A stretch of DNA of 64,000 nucleotides. It comes from an uncultured Acidimicrobiales bacterium. GTDB lineage: Bacteria > Actinomycetota > Acidimicrobiia > Acidimicrobiales > SHLQ01. The translations under genes and the position numbers were made by a program. Shown here in pieces: positions 49,494 through 58,673 of this stretch. Position 1 is the first letter of the stretch, and each line of letters begins with the position of its first letter. The stretch lies in NCBI GenBank assembly GCA_964610745.1, contig CAZSYL010000001.1, positions 43,281 through 107,280 on the forward strand. Reading direction: 5' to 3'. Below the pieces are notes generated by a model. That model had not been told where the DNA came from and did no database searches. It was given only the letters and a program-made list of their open reading frames with translations.

Positions 49494-49515
49494 TATAGTT
49501 AGCCATTCGGCTAAT
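49494..49515 (+). promoter_or_regulatory. ArsR operator/promoter 2: TATAGTTAGCC-attc-GGCTAAT
   Basis: Near-identical to operator 1, 20 nt upstream of the second SRPBCC gene. Confidence 0.8.
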
Positions 49516-49535
49516 GATAAGAAACGGAGACAACA

Positions 49536-49964
49536 ATGTCAGCCATCGCCCACCGGGTCGAAATCGAAGCGCCACCCGAGGGGCTCTTCGATGCCCTCGT
49601 CAATCCAGCACAGCTGACGAGGTGGTGGACACTCGCGCAGCACAGCGAGACAGACCCGACCGTTCTAGAGTTCCTCTTCGGCGAGGACCATGTCGTCACG
49701 ATGAAAGTGGAAGAGGAAGCACGAGGCGAGCGCTTGGTCTGGCAGTGCCTCTCCGGCCCGTGGGCAGACAAGGGCCAATTCGAATTTGACCTCGAGACAA
49801 TCGACCGCGGCACCAATCTTCGCTTCACTCATCATGGCTGGACCGAGATGGACGACTTCTTCCGCCATTGCAATAGCAAATGGGGGTTCTTTCTCGCGGT
49901 CAGCCTGAAAGGCCTACTGGAGCGTGGCGTTGGTCAACCAAGCCCCCATGACCCTGCGATCTAA
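49536..49964 (+). CDS. SRPBCC (AHSA1-like) protein
   Basis: LTRWW, FTHHGW, CNSKWGFFL. Confidence 0.85.
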   Translation: MSAIAHRVEIEAPPEGLFDALVNPAQLTRWWTLAQHSETDPTVLEFLFGEDHVVTMKVEEEARGERLVWQCLSGPWADKGQFEFDLETIDRGTNLRFTHHGWTEMDDFFRHCNSKWGFFLAVSLKGLLERGVGQPSPHDPAI

Positions 49965-49974
49965 GCACCGATGG

Positions 49975-50919
49975 TCAGGACGGCGCGATGACGACCGTGG
50001 TGTTGTCGTGGCCACCCTGTTCGTTCGCAAAAGCTGCGAGGGCCTCGACGAGCTCGAGCGATGTTTCGACTTCGGCGTCGAAACGGCTGATGAGAGCGGC
50101 CAGCTCTTCGGCTTCGGGGACGTACTTCCATAGACCGTCGCTGCAGCTGAGAAGCCGACCGCCCGCGTCGTGCTCGAACGCCTGAATGCTCGGGGTGGTG
50201 TCACCGGCATCACCGCCGAGCCAGCGCGAGATGCTCGGTCCAATTACATCGTCGACGGTGAGTTGGGTCACGACCAACTCCGAACCGGACTCATCGTCGG
50301 GGTCGTCCTGCACCCAATACGCGCGACTATCGCCAAGCCACGCCGTCCAGGAACGCATGAGCGTCGGGTCGCTCGGATCGGGACGAAGGACCGTTGCAAC
50401 AAAGGTCGTTGAAGCCGGACCCTCTCCCCCGGGCTTGAGCTCGACCGACGCCGCCTTCTGTTGCGCAGCCGCGGTTGCCTCGGCCAGCGCTGCCTCAATA
50501 TCGGTAACTCCCGCGTCAAGTGAATCGACGAGCGAATCGCGCGCCGCCTTTGCTGCCAGCAGCGACGCCTGTTCGGGGAAATCGGTTGTCGACACGCCGT
50601 CGCACACCACGACGACGACGGAATCGCCGGATTGCCCGATCGCAAAATGGTCTTCGTTCTGATGATGGCGTTTTCCGCGGCCGGTCACCGCAGCTAGCTC
50701 ACCGAGCACCTCGACGAGGTGATCGCGCTCCGCTGGCTGCTTGCGGCCACACATACTGCAGTAGCCATCAAAGATCTCCGCGTGAAGTGCACCACAGTCG
50801 ACACACGGTGGGCCATCGACCGCACTGTGTTCTCCAGCGAAGTCCGCGCCGCATGCCTCACACCACTTCGCTCCTGGCGCACCCAGCTCACCACACGCTG
50901 GGCAGATCTGGGCGCTCAT
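49975..50919 (-). CDS. Double zinc ribbon + PP2C-family Ser/Thr phosphatase
   Basis: CPAC..WCEAC, CVDC..YCSMC; NED, VCDGVS, WLGDSR, SDGLW, GGHDN. Confidence 0.9.
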   Translation of the reverse strand: MSAQICPACGELGAPGAKWCEACGADFAGEHSAVDGPPCVDCGALHAEIFDGYCSMCGRKQPAERDHLVEVLGELAAVTGRGKRHHQNEDHFAIGQSGDSVVVVVCDGVSTTDFPEQASLLAAKAARDSLVDSLDAGVTDIEAALAEATAAAQQKAASVELKPGGEGPASTTFVATVLRPDPSDPTLMRSWTAWLGDSRAYWVQDDPDDESGSELVVTQLTVDDVIGPSISRWLGGDAGDTTPSIQAFEHDAGGRLLSCSDGLWKYVPEAEELAALISRFDAEVETSLELVEALAAFANEQGGHDNTTVVIAPS

Positions 50920-53549
50920 CGAAATGACGGTACTCGGATAGCGTTTGCCTTATCGACAAACGCGAAACGTTCGTCATCAGTCGCCACAAGTTTGGCCATG
51001 TTTCGGTACCCCTCTTCCAGGCTCGTCCGGAGTCCCACCGCGGTCAGTGGATTGCCGAACACCATCGTCTCGGGATCTTCGTTGAGCACACCGTCGTCGA
51101 TACCAGCAAGAGCCCGCTCGAGCACCTCGTTCGCGAGCTGCATTCGTTCGCGTGCGTCGATGCGTGCCGAATCGATTCGACGTGAAGCATTGGAAAGGTC
51201 AGCGGGAGTAGGTGGCGCGTCCTCCACGTACTGGGTGAGCACCCGCGCCGTCGCGACCTGAGCATCGGTGTAGGTAGCCGAACTCGTCGGCACCGCACCA
51301 TATGCATCGACAGCACCCTGCCGATCGCCGCCTGCGACCCGGCACCGAGCCAGGCCGAACGCGGCAGACACATAGGTTGGATCGACCGCAATGACCTCGG
51401 CATAGAGGTCGGCGGCACGTGGGAAAGCTCCGGCGGATTCGGCAGCCATCGCTGTTGCCAGCTTCGGAGCGAGCTCCCCGGGGACCTCCGTCCACACCGA
51501 CGAGAACCCTTCCGCCGCAGCCTCGGGCTTGCCATCACGCATTGCCTGGACTGCCTTGAACCACGTGACACGCCAATTCCACAAATCGGTGTGTGCCACG
51601 GCGTCGAGGATGTCTCCGGCTGACTGGCCAGCCTCGATCATCTCACGTGCCCGACGGAGTCGCACCTCGACCGAATCGGCCGCCGTGCCTGCAGCCAAGC
51701 CGCTCTCGATCAACTTGAGAGTCGCCTGCGGATCGGTCTCGGGTAGATCGGTGAGGAAAGTCGCGCCCGGGTCTGTCGGGTCAATCTTCGGCACCGGAAG
51801 CGCCCGATAGTCGGCAAAATTGTCGGTGTCGTCCAGCAGCAACAGGCCGGCAAGTCGGTCACCACCAAACAATGAGCTCGTCATTGGCTTGGGCGTCCGT
51901 TCCTGTCGAGCCACGATCTCGCGCAGAACACCCAGCAGCTGCTCGGCCATCTCGCCAGCGGTCTGAAACCGATCGTCTGGGTGAGCAGCCGTTGCTTTGA
52001 GCAGGAACCGGTAAAGCGATTCATATCGATCGAAGAGCGGTTCCTCGGCGGGTGGAGGAATTTCGTATTGATAGGTTCCCGTATGGAAGACGAAGTTCAG
52101 CGACATCACCGCGAGCGTCCGTCCGACGGTAAAGAGATCCGACGCGACCGACGGCCCCATAGAAGCCACCTCTGGCGCTTGGAAGCCCTGGGTTCCAAAG
52201 ATCGCCGCCGAGTCATCGTCGGACTGCATCACTCCGCCGACGTCGATCAGCTTCACGGTGTCACCGACCGCCATCATGTTGGCTGGCTTGAGATCGTTGT
52301 AGACCAGGTTCTGATCATGGAGATAACCAAGCGCTGGCAGCACTCCGAGCATGTAGGCAATCGCTTGAGTGATCGGAAGCGGGTCGGGCTTGCCGCCATT
52401 GTGCTTCCGACGATCTTTCAGTTTCTGATTGAGCGACTCACCACCCACGTACTCCATCACGATGTAGCCAGCGCCAGCCCAGGTCACGAAGTTATAGATG
52501 TTGACGATGCTGCCGTGCTCGATCCGAGCGAGGAACTGTCGCTCCGCCACCGCAGATGCAACGGCGTCGACGTCGTCCTCGTTGAGCAACCCCTTTAGGA
52601 CCACCCACCGGTTCGAGACGGCGGTGTCCTGACCGAGGTAGATCCAGCCCATGCCACCGTGGGCGATGGGACCAAGGATCCGATACTGCCCGCCGACGAG
52701 GTCACCTGCGTTGAGTTGTGGCGTGTTCGTAACGAAGTCGAACGGGGTACGGCAGTTTCCACAAAAGCCCGTGACACGACCGGGTTCGCCTCCGTGACCC
52801 CGCCCCACCGGCTGTCCGCACGCCGAGCAGAAACGCTCGTCCTCAGGCTTCTCGCCGAGCACGCTTCGGATCTTCTCCTCGTCCATGACGGCCTGGCTGG
52901 GGTCCCCCGCAACGGTCGGTGGAACGAGAACAAGTCCTGCTCCGAGTTCCGCTCGAGTCGTGGTAGTTCGTGATGTGCGCGTGCGGGCGCTCGCTGGAGT
53001 TCCCGACGATATGAGCCGACGCGAGGTTTCTGGCGCAACCGGCGCAGCGATCGTTGCATGTGCGGTTGAGCTAGTACCGGGAGCTTCGCCCGAATCGGCC
53101 GCAGCTGGTTGGGCCGCGGGTTGAAGGCCACACGTGTTGCAGTAGCCATCACCAGCAATCTGTCCATCACACCCTGGTGCAGTGCACGCCCCGCCAGCCA
53201 CAGCTGCGACCTTGCCACCATGCTCATGAGCTGGCGCTGGAGATTTGGCGCTTTCGCTCGATTGGAGGCCACACGTATTGCAATAGCCGTCGGCTGCAAT
53301 GTGGCCGTCGCAACCAAGCGCTGTGCATGCCGGACCCGCTGGCTCCGATGCCGGAGCGGGAGCCACTCGTGGCAGCGGAGCGGCACCAAGACCGGTGAAT
53401 CCCGGGGGTGGAGGCTGTCGATGTACACCGCTTGGTGGCGGCGGGGCTGACGCGGACGGCGCGGCAGGGACCCCTGCATAGCCGCAGGTATTGCAGTAGC
53501 CATCGGCGGCAATCGACCCACCGCAGCCGGAACGTGTGCAGGCGCTCAT
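50916..53549 (-). CDS. PknG-like Ser/Thr kinase (Cys4 repeats, rubredoxin-like module, non-RD kinase, TPR C-terminus)
   Basis: GPIAHGGMGWIY, VVLKGL, YNDLKPAN, FCSACG..FCGNC, helical C-terminus ending VDKANAIRVPS. Confidence 0.88.
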   Translation of the reverse strand: MSACTRSGCGGSIAADGYCNTCGYAGVPAAPSASAPPPPSGVHRQPPPPGFTGLGAAPLPRVAPAPASEPAGPACTALGCDGHIAADGYCNTCGLQSSESAKSPAPAHEHGGKVAAVAGGACTAPGCDGQIAGDGYCNTCGLQPAAQPAAADSGEAPGTSSTAHATIAAPVAPETSRRLISSGTPASARTRTSRTTTTRAELGAGLVLVPPTVAGDPSQAVMDEEKIRSVLGEKPEDERFCSACGQPVGRGHGGEPGRVTGFCGNCRTPFDFVTNTPQLNAGDLVGGQYRILGPIAHGGMGWIYLGQDTAVSNRWVVLKGLLNEDDVDAVASAVAERQFLARIEHGSIVNIYNFVTWAGAGYIVMEYVGGESLNQKLKDRRKHNGGKPDPLPITQAIAYMLGVLPALGYLHDQNLVYNDLKPANMMAVGDTVKLIDVGGVMQSDDDSAAIFGTQGFQAPEVASMGPSVASDLFTVGRTLAVMSLNFVFHTGTYQYEIPPPAEEPLFDRYESLYRFLLKATAAHPDDRFQTAGEMAEQLLGVLREIVARQERTPKPMTSSLFGGDRLAGLLLLDDTDNFADYRALPVPKIDPTDPGATFLTDLPETDPQATLKLIESGLAAGTAADSVEVRLRRAREMIEAGQSAGDILDAVAHTDLWNWRVTWFKAVQAMRDGKPEAAAEGFSSVWTEVPGELAPKLATAMAAESAGAFPRAADLYAEVIAVDPTYVSAAFGLARCRVAGGDRQGAVDAYGAVPTSSATYTDAQVATARVLTQYVEDAPPTPADLSNASRRIDSARIDARERMQLANEVLERALAGIDDGVLNEDPETMVFGNPLTAVGLRTSLEEGYRNMAKLVATDDERFAFVDKANAIRVPSFR

Positions 53550-54763
53550 GACCGTCCACCATAGGTGGTCAGCTCCGCCGCGAACCGTTCCATCAGATCC
53601 TTCGCACGACCGAGGTCGGTCGGTGAGATGAACAGCTCATCGTGAGCCTGCTGACCAATGTCGGTGACCTCCTGCGGGAGATCGGAGATCATCGACGCCT
53701 TGACCCGATACGCGCGCAGAAGACCACGCAGGTCAGCACGTTCACTCAAAGGAGCATCGTTGACTCGCAACGCCTTCTCCAGTTGGCTTCGGAGGCGCTC
53801 CGCGGCCGTCATCCATTCATCGACAACAGCGCGCGCCTCGCGCCAGTCGTCGCCGTCTCCAAGCTCGGCGAATCGGCGGGCCCGATGTGCAAGCCCATTA
53901 CGACCATCGATAACCGCGGTCGAGGGCACTCGAATAAGGCCGCCCACCGGTATCACCTTGGCCTCAGCCTTCGAATACGCCGCCGCAGCGCGTGCTCGCA
54001 GAACTCGTAGCTCCGCGATCAGTTCGTCCGCCCGAGCCAGATCCTCACCGAGCGAACCGTGCGCATGAGCAAGCGCTCCCGACGCCCGGGCGGCTGCTGC
54101 GACCAGCTTGTCGAGATCCGGTCCGACATTGCCAGAGAGACTGAGTGGATCATCAGAAACCGATGCGCGGACCGCTGCGAGCCGTTGACTGGCCATCTTG
54201 ACCTCGGGAACACTCACGTCGAGGCGATCGCACAACGCGTTCGCCCGATCGAGCGTCAGCGTGGCAGCTTCGATCCGCGGCATGAGGTCGCTCCAGACCG
54301 CATCGACCTCAGCAACGATGTCACGCACTGGTTCATAGACCGCTCGGAACAGTTCGATCAGTCCATCACAATTGGTCTCATAGGTAGCCGGATCGCCATC
54401 TGCATCGACGAGTCTGCTGTGCACGGTTGCTGGCAGCCCATCGGGCACGGTGGCGAGAGTGATCGAGATCGTGTCGCCGGTCAGCAACTGATGTATCTCT
54501 CCGGCGTGACTGGTGAACATGGTCGTCTCTTCGATCAGCTGATCAACCGTTTCGATCTGATCGCGCAGTCGTCCAAGCCATCCCCACAAGATCGGAGCCG
54601 ACGCCACCGTCTCGTTGGCGCGGTCGCCGGTCACGCCATACATGTCACCAGCGGCGAGCAACCGATAGGTCGCGTGTTCGTCCAACTCGTACAAGCTGTT
54701 CGACCACTGTTCGATCACGGCTTTGTAGTGGGCTCGTCGCGCTTCACTATCGGTGGAAATCAC
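53546..54763 (-). CDS. Conserved-type helical hypothetical protein upstream of the PknG-like kinase
   Basis: Long alpha-helical ORF ending LRGLLRAYRVKA..TDLGRAKDLM; GTG at 54763 lies 6 nt after TACGCT; stop overlaps the kinase start. Confidence 0.7.
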   Translation of the reverse strand: MISTDSEARRAHYKAVIEQWSNSLYELDEHATYRLLAAGDMYGVTGDRANETVASAPILWGWLGRLRDQIETVDQLIEETTMFTSHAGEIHQLLTGDTISITLATVPDGLPATVHSRLVDADGDPATYETNCDGLIELFRAVYEPVRDIVAEVDAVWSDLMPRIEAATLTLDRANALCDRLDVSVPEVKMASQRLAAVRASVSDDPLSLSGNVGPDLDKLVAAAARASGALAHAHGSLGEDLARADELIAELRVLRARAAAAYSKAEAKVIPVGGLIRVPSTAVIDGRNGLAHRARRFAELGDGDDWREARAVVDEWMTAAERLRSQLEKALRVNDAPLSERADLRGLLRAYRVKASMISDLPQEVTDIGQQAHDELFISPTDLGRAKDLMERFAAELTTYGGRS

Positions 54764-54816
54764 ACTCAAAGCGTAGGACACACCCTTGAAGCTTCCGTGT
54801 CTTCTACGATGACGGC
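54764..54816. promoter_or_regulatory. Back-to-back leaderless promoters
   Basis: TACGCT (minus, 54770-54775) and TACGAT (plus, 54805-54810), each exactly 6 nt from a GTG. Confidence 0.7.
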
Positions 54817-56085
54817 GTGACCGAGCAAGCGTCTGTGCCAGCAAAGTCGAGACAGACACCAACAATTCTCTACACGTGGGCGGCGGCTATTGCCCTCATG
54901 CTCGCAGTCGCGGCAGCTCTGAGCTTTCTCGCTGTCCAGACGATGGAATCCACGAGCTCTCGGATCGAGAACAATACGGGTCCAGTTCTCATTTCGACAC
55001 AGGGGCTTGTCGCCAGTCTGGCCGAGGCCGATGCAGCAAACACCGCTGTGTTTCTCTCCGGAATCGACGGCGGTGATGAAGACGTGTCCCAAAGACGCCT
55101 CTACGAATCTGCGATCGCACGAGCTCCTCAGCAGATCGAGGACATCTCGGCTGGCATCGGCGACGACACCGCCACTCACGATGCGCTGAAAGACGTTGCC
55201 CAACAGCTGGTCGAGTATGCCGGGGTCGTCGAACAGGCGCGCTTGTCGAACACGAACGGTCTCGCTGGAGCAGACGACCTGTTGTCAGCGTCGCTCGAAC
55301 TCACCGGCGGGTCGAACGGCATGTTGGTCAATGCCGACGAGGTCACCGAGAGAACCCAACAACAATTCAACGACGATCTGTCCGCAGGACGAATACTCCT
55401 GACCCTCGCACTGGTCTCGCTGGTCCTCAGCCTCGCATTACTTTTCGTTGCTCAGATGCGGCTCCGATACCTGACAAAACGCTTGATCAACTTTGGCCTG
55501 GCCGCTGCGACGCTCGCTGTCGTGTCGCTAACCATCTGGCTACTCCTCGCCGGCTTTGGACGCACGATCGACCTCGACACAGCTCGAGACGAAGGTTTCG
55601 GCGATATTGCACTAAGCGCGCAATTGCAGACTGCAGCGTTCGATTACAAGACCCGCGAGACCGGCGCGATTATTCGCGAACGGGGCGAAGAACTCCCCGA
55701 TCCTGCAGTCCTCGACGAGATCGACGCCACGTTCGCACAGCTCGTGGCCGCTTCTGATTCTGACCGTGAGTCAGCACTCATCACCGAGCTTTCGACCCGC
55801 TGGGAACGGTACCTTCAGATCAGTGGCGTCATCTCCGCCCGAGTGGCCCAGGGAAACTTTGACGAGGCTCGTGACGAGGTTGGCGGCGAAGGCAACCAGA
55901 CGTTCAACGGCTTTAACACGACGCTCGAAGCACTCAACCTCACCAACCAGGAACAGTTCAACGCATCGGTCGCAAGCGCAGCCGCCCGTCTCCGGTGGTT
56001 GAGTTTCGCGACCATCTTGCTGCCGCTATTCGCTGCAGCATTCGCATGGCTTGGATACCGACCCCGAATCAACGAGTACTTTTAG
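54817..56085 (+). CDS. GlnX-like membrane protein (TM + duplicated extracytoplasmic helical bundles)
   Basis: TM, then GPVLISTQGLVASLAEADAANTAVFLSG..RRLYESAIA, central TM hairpin, second bundle, final TM; architecture and motif recall mycobacterial GlnX. Confidence 0.6.
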   Translation: MTEQASVPAKSRQTPTILYTWAAAIALMLAVAAALSFLAVQTMESTSSRIENNTGPVLISTQGLVASLAEADAANTAVFLSGIDGGDEDVSQRRLYESAIARAPQQIEDISAGIGDDTATHDALKDVAQQLVEYAGVVEQARLSNTNGLAGADDLLSASLELTGGSNGMLVNADEVTERTQQQFNDDLSAGRILLTLALVSLVLSLALLFVAQMRLRYLTKRLINFGLAAATLAVVSLTIWLLLAGFGRTIDLDTARDEGFGDIALSAQLQTAAFDYKTRETGAIIRERGEELPDPAVLDEIDATFAQLVAASDSDRESALITELSTRWERYLQISGVISARVAQGNFDEARDEVGGEGNQTFNGFNTTLEALNLTNQEQFNASVASAAARLRWLSFATILLPLFAAAFAWLGYRPRINEYF

Positions 56086-56091
56086 GACGCC

Positions 56092-57288
56092 GTGGCCTCT
56101 TTCCTTGGTTCTTCGCCGCTCGATCGTCCAACGAGACGCACCATCCGTTCTCGTCGCGCCTTCCTGTCCAGGGTTGGCGTGCTCGGAGCTGGGGCGTTCC
56201 TGACCAGCTGCGGCACTGATGGGATAGCGATCGAACGACAGCCGACGCTCGATCAGGCACTCAACGTGATCAACTGGGCGGAGTACATTCCGCCCGACGG
56301 AACCGATTCCTTCCTTAGCCAGACACGTCTGGAAAGCGTGAACTACCGCGAAGACTACGTCGACAATGTCTCGGGCTTCTCCGACATCATCGAACCGCAG
56401 CTCAGCGGCGGAGGCGTTCCGGACTTCGATCTGATCGTACCGACCCAATGGTTGGCAGGTCGCATGATCGAGAACGGTTGGGTCGAGGCCCTCCCCCTCG
56501 AAGTCATCCCCAATCACGCGAACCTCGACCCTCGCTTCATGACCAGCGACTTCGACCGAGGCTCTCGGTTTCAGATGCCATGGCAGGGCGGCATGACCGG
56601 CATTTCGTACAACCCGGCGGCCACGGGCGGTCCCATCACATCGGTGACAGACCTGTTCGACCAATCCAACCCCGCGCTGCGGGGCCAGGTCGGACTTATC
56701 GGCGAAATGCGCGAAGCGGTTGGCCTAGCGATGCTCGCGAACGGCGACGACCCGGCCCGCCCGAATCCGCAAACTGCTAACGCCGGTCTAGAACTGCTCA
56801 TCGAGCTCGCCGAGGCTGGCCACTTCCAAAGCGTCGTGTTCGACGACTTCGTCGGCGAGCTGACCGCAGGGCGACTCGCCGCCACCATGGCGTGGTCTGG
56901 GCAGGCGGCCGCGTTACAACTCGAGTCACCCCAGTTTGAGTTCGTCATCCCAGATGAAGGCGCGATCTCCTGGTTCGACACGATGGTCATTCCCAAGAAC
57001 GCGATCAACTTCGGTGGAGCAGCTGCCTGGATGAACTGGGCCTACGACCCAGATGTCGCCGCTCAGATCTCGGCATTCAATCTGTATGTCTGTCCGGTTC
57101 TCGGCACGCAGGACTCACTCCGTGCTCTCGGAGGTTTTGAGGCCACACTCGCGGACAACCCGCTGATCTTCCCCGACACCGAGACTCGAAACCGCCTCTT
57201 CACCTGGGGTGCGCTCGACCTCGATGCCGAGCTCGCAATCGAAGAACGCTTCGACGCACTCACCGAACAGATCGGCTTTGCCAATTAA
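56092..57288 (+). CDS. PotD/PotF-type polyamine-binding lipoprotein, Tat-exported, orphan
   Basis: SRRAFL..LTSC; LNVINWAEYI, IPNHANLDP, PWQGGMTGISYN, WSG, EGAISWFDTMVIP. Confidence 0.85.
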   Translation: MASFLGSSPLDRPTRRTIRSRRAFLSRVGVLGAGAFLTSCGTDGIAIERQPTLDQALNVINWAEYIPPDGTDSFLSQTRLESVNYREDYVDNVSGFSDIIEPQLSGGGVPDFDLIVPTQWLAGRMIENGWVEALPLEVIPNHANLDPRFMTSDFDRGSRFQMPWQGGMTGISYNPAATGGPITSVTDLFDQSNPALRGQVGLIGEMREAVGLAMLANGDDPARPNPQTANAGLELLIELAEAGHFQSVVFDDFVGELTAGRLAATMAWSGQAAALQLESPQFEFVIPDEGAISWFDTMVIPKNAINFGGAAAWMNWAYDPDVAAQISAFNLYVCPVLGTQDSLRALGGFEATLADNPLIFPDTETRNRLFTWGALDLDAELAIEERFDALTEQIGFAN

Positions 57289-57308
57289 CTTCAGGATTCG
57301 AGGATGCT

Positions 57309-58658
57309 GTGCATGACTTTGATGAGGAGACCGAAGCGCTTGCGCAGAAGATCTTCGATTACGCCCGAGCCCGCACGCGACTGGACCCAATACCGCTCAA
57401 CTTTCCCAAGACCGAAGCTGAACTCGACGAGCTCTGCGGCGAGATGATCACCAGTGAGGGCATCGGTGGCGAGAGGGCGCTCGACTTGTTTGCCAAGGTT
57501 TTGGAACCAGCGTCCCTTTCGGTCGACTACACAAAGTATCTCTCGTTCGTCCCCGCCGCTCCGACCGAATCAGCGGTCTTATTTGATCTAGTGGTCGGCG
57601 CAGTATCGATCTACGGCGGTTCGTGGTTAGAGGGAGCGGGGGCGATCTATGCCGAGAACACAGCCCTCGACTGGCTACGCCAGATCGCCGGAATGCCCGA
57701 TGGCTCAGGCGGGGTGTTCGTGTCGGGTGGCACGATCGGCAATCTCTCGGCACTCGTCGCGGCCCGCCATGCAGCGGTGCTGCGCCTCGGCGAGAACCGT
57801 CCCAACCGATTCGCGATCCTTGCCTCTCGGGAATCCCACTCGTCGATCGAGGCCGCTGCACTGGTGATGGACTGCGAGGTAGTCCTGTGCGATACCGACG
57901 AGCACCGTCGCATGACCGGTGACGCCGTAGCCGCTGCTCTGGACGAACACGGAGACAGGATCTGTGCGGTCGCGGCGACATCTGGCACGACCAACCTTGG
58001 CATCATTGATGACCTCCGATCCATCGGCGAGGTGTGCCGAGAGCGAGGCGTGTGGATGCACGTCGATGGGGCCTATGGCGGAGCCGGGCTCGCGAGCTCA
58101 CGAACGAGGGGACTCTTCGACGGCCTGGGGCTCGCGGACTCATTCATCGTCGATCCGCACAAGTGGCTGTTCGCCCCGTTCGACTGCTGCGCACTCCTCT
58201 ACCGTGACCCCGGTCGGGCGGTCGAAGCTCATGCTCAGCACGCCGGGTATCTCGCGTTCCTCGACAGCCATGGTGACAAGAATCCATCTGACTACGCCAT
58301 CCATCTGACCCGCCGTGTGCGCGGCCTCCCGTTCTGGTTCAGCCTCGCCACCCATGGCACACAGGCCTACGAAGCAGCTGTCGATGTCACCCTCGACCTC
58401 ACCGACGCAGCTGCCGAGATGATCCGCGAGGCAGAGCACCTCGAGCTCGCCCACGATCCGAACTTGTCGGTCGTGGCGTTCCGTCGTATCGGCTGGGATG
58501 CAGACCAGTATCAGGCCTGGAGCGAGGAGGCTATGAACAGCGGGCTCGCCTTCGTCACTCCGTCGAGGCTCGACGGCGAGCCGATCTACCGGTTCGCTTT
58601 CGTCAATCCGCGCACCACTACCGACGAGATCGCGGAAATTATCGAGGCGCTCCGCTGA
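57309..58658 (+). CDS. Group II PLP-dependent amino-acid decarboxylase
   Basis: GVFVSGGTIGNL, SHSSI, WMHVDGAYGG, DSFIVDPHKW (PLP lysine). Confidence 0.9.
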   Translation: MHDFDEETEALAQKIFDYARARTRLDPIPLNFPKTEAELDELCGEMITSEGIGGERALDLFAKVLEPASLSVDYTKYLSFVPAAPTESAVLFDLVVGAVSIYGGSWLEGAGAIYAENTALDWLRQIAGMPDGSGGVFVSGGTIGNLSALVAARHAAVLRLGENRPNRFAILASRESHSSIEAAALVMDCEVVLCDTDEHRRMTGDAVAAALDEHGDRICAVAATSGTTNLGIIDDLRSIGEVCRERGVWMHVDGAYGGAGLASSRTRGLFDGLGLADSFIVDPHKWLFAPFDCCALLYRDPGRAVEAHAQHAGYLAFLDSHGDKNPSDYAIHLTRRVRGLPFWFSLATHGTQAYEAAVDVTLDLTDAAAEMIREAEHLELAHDPNLSVVAFRRIGWDADQYQAWSEEAMNSGLAFVTPSRLDGEPIYRFAFVNPRTTTDEIAEIIEALR

Positions 58659-58673
58659 GCCGTCCGAACAGCC

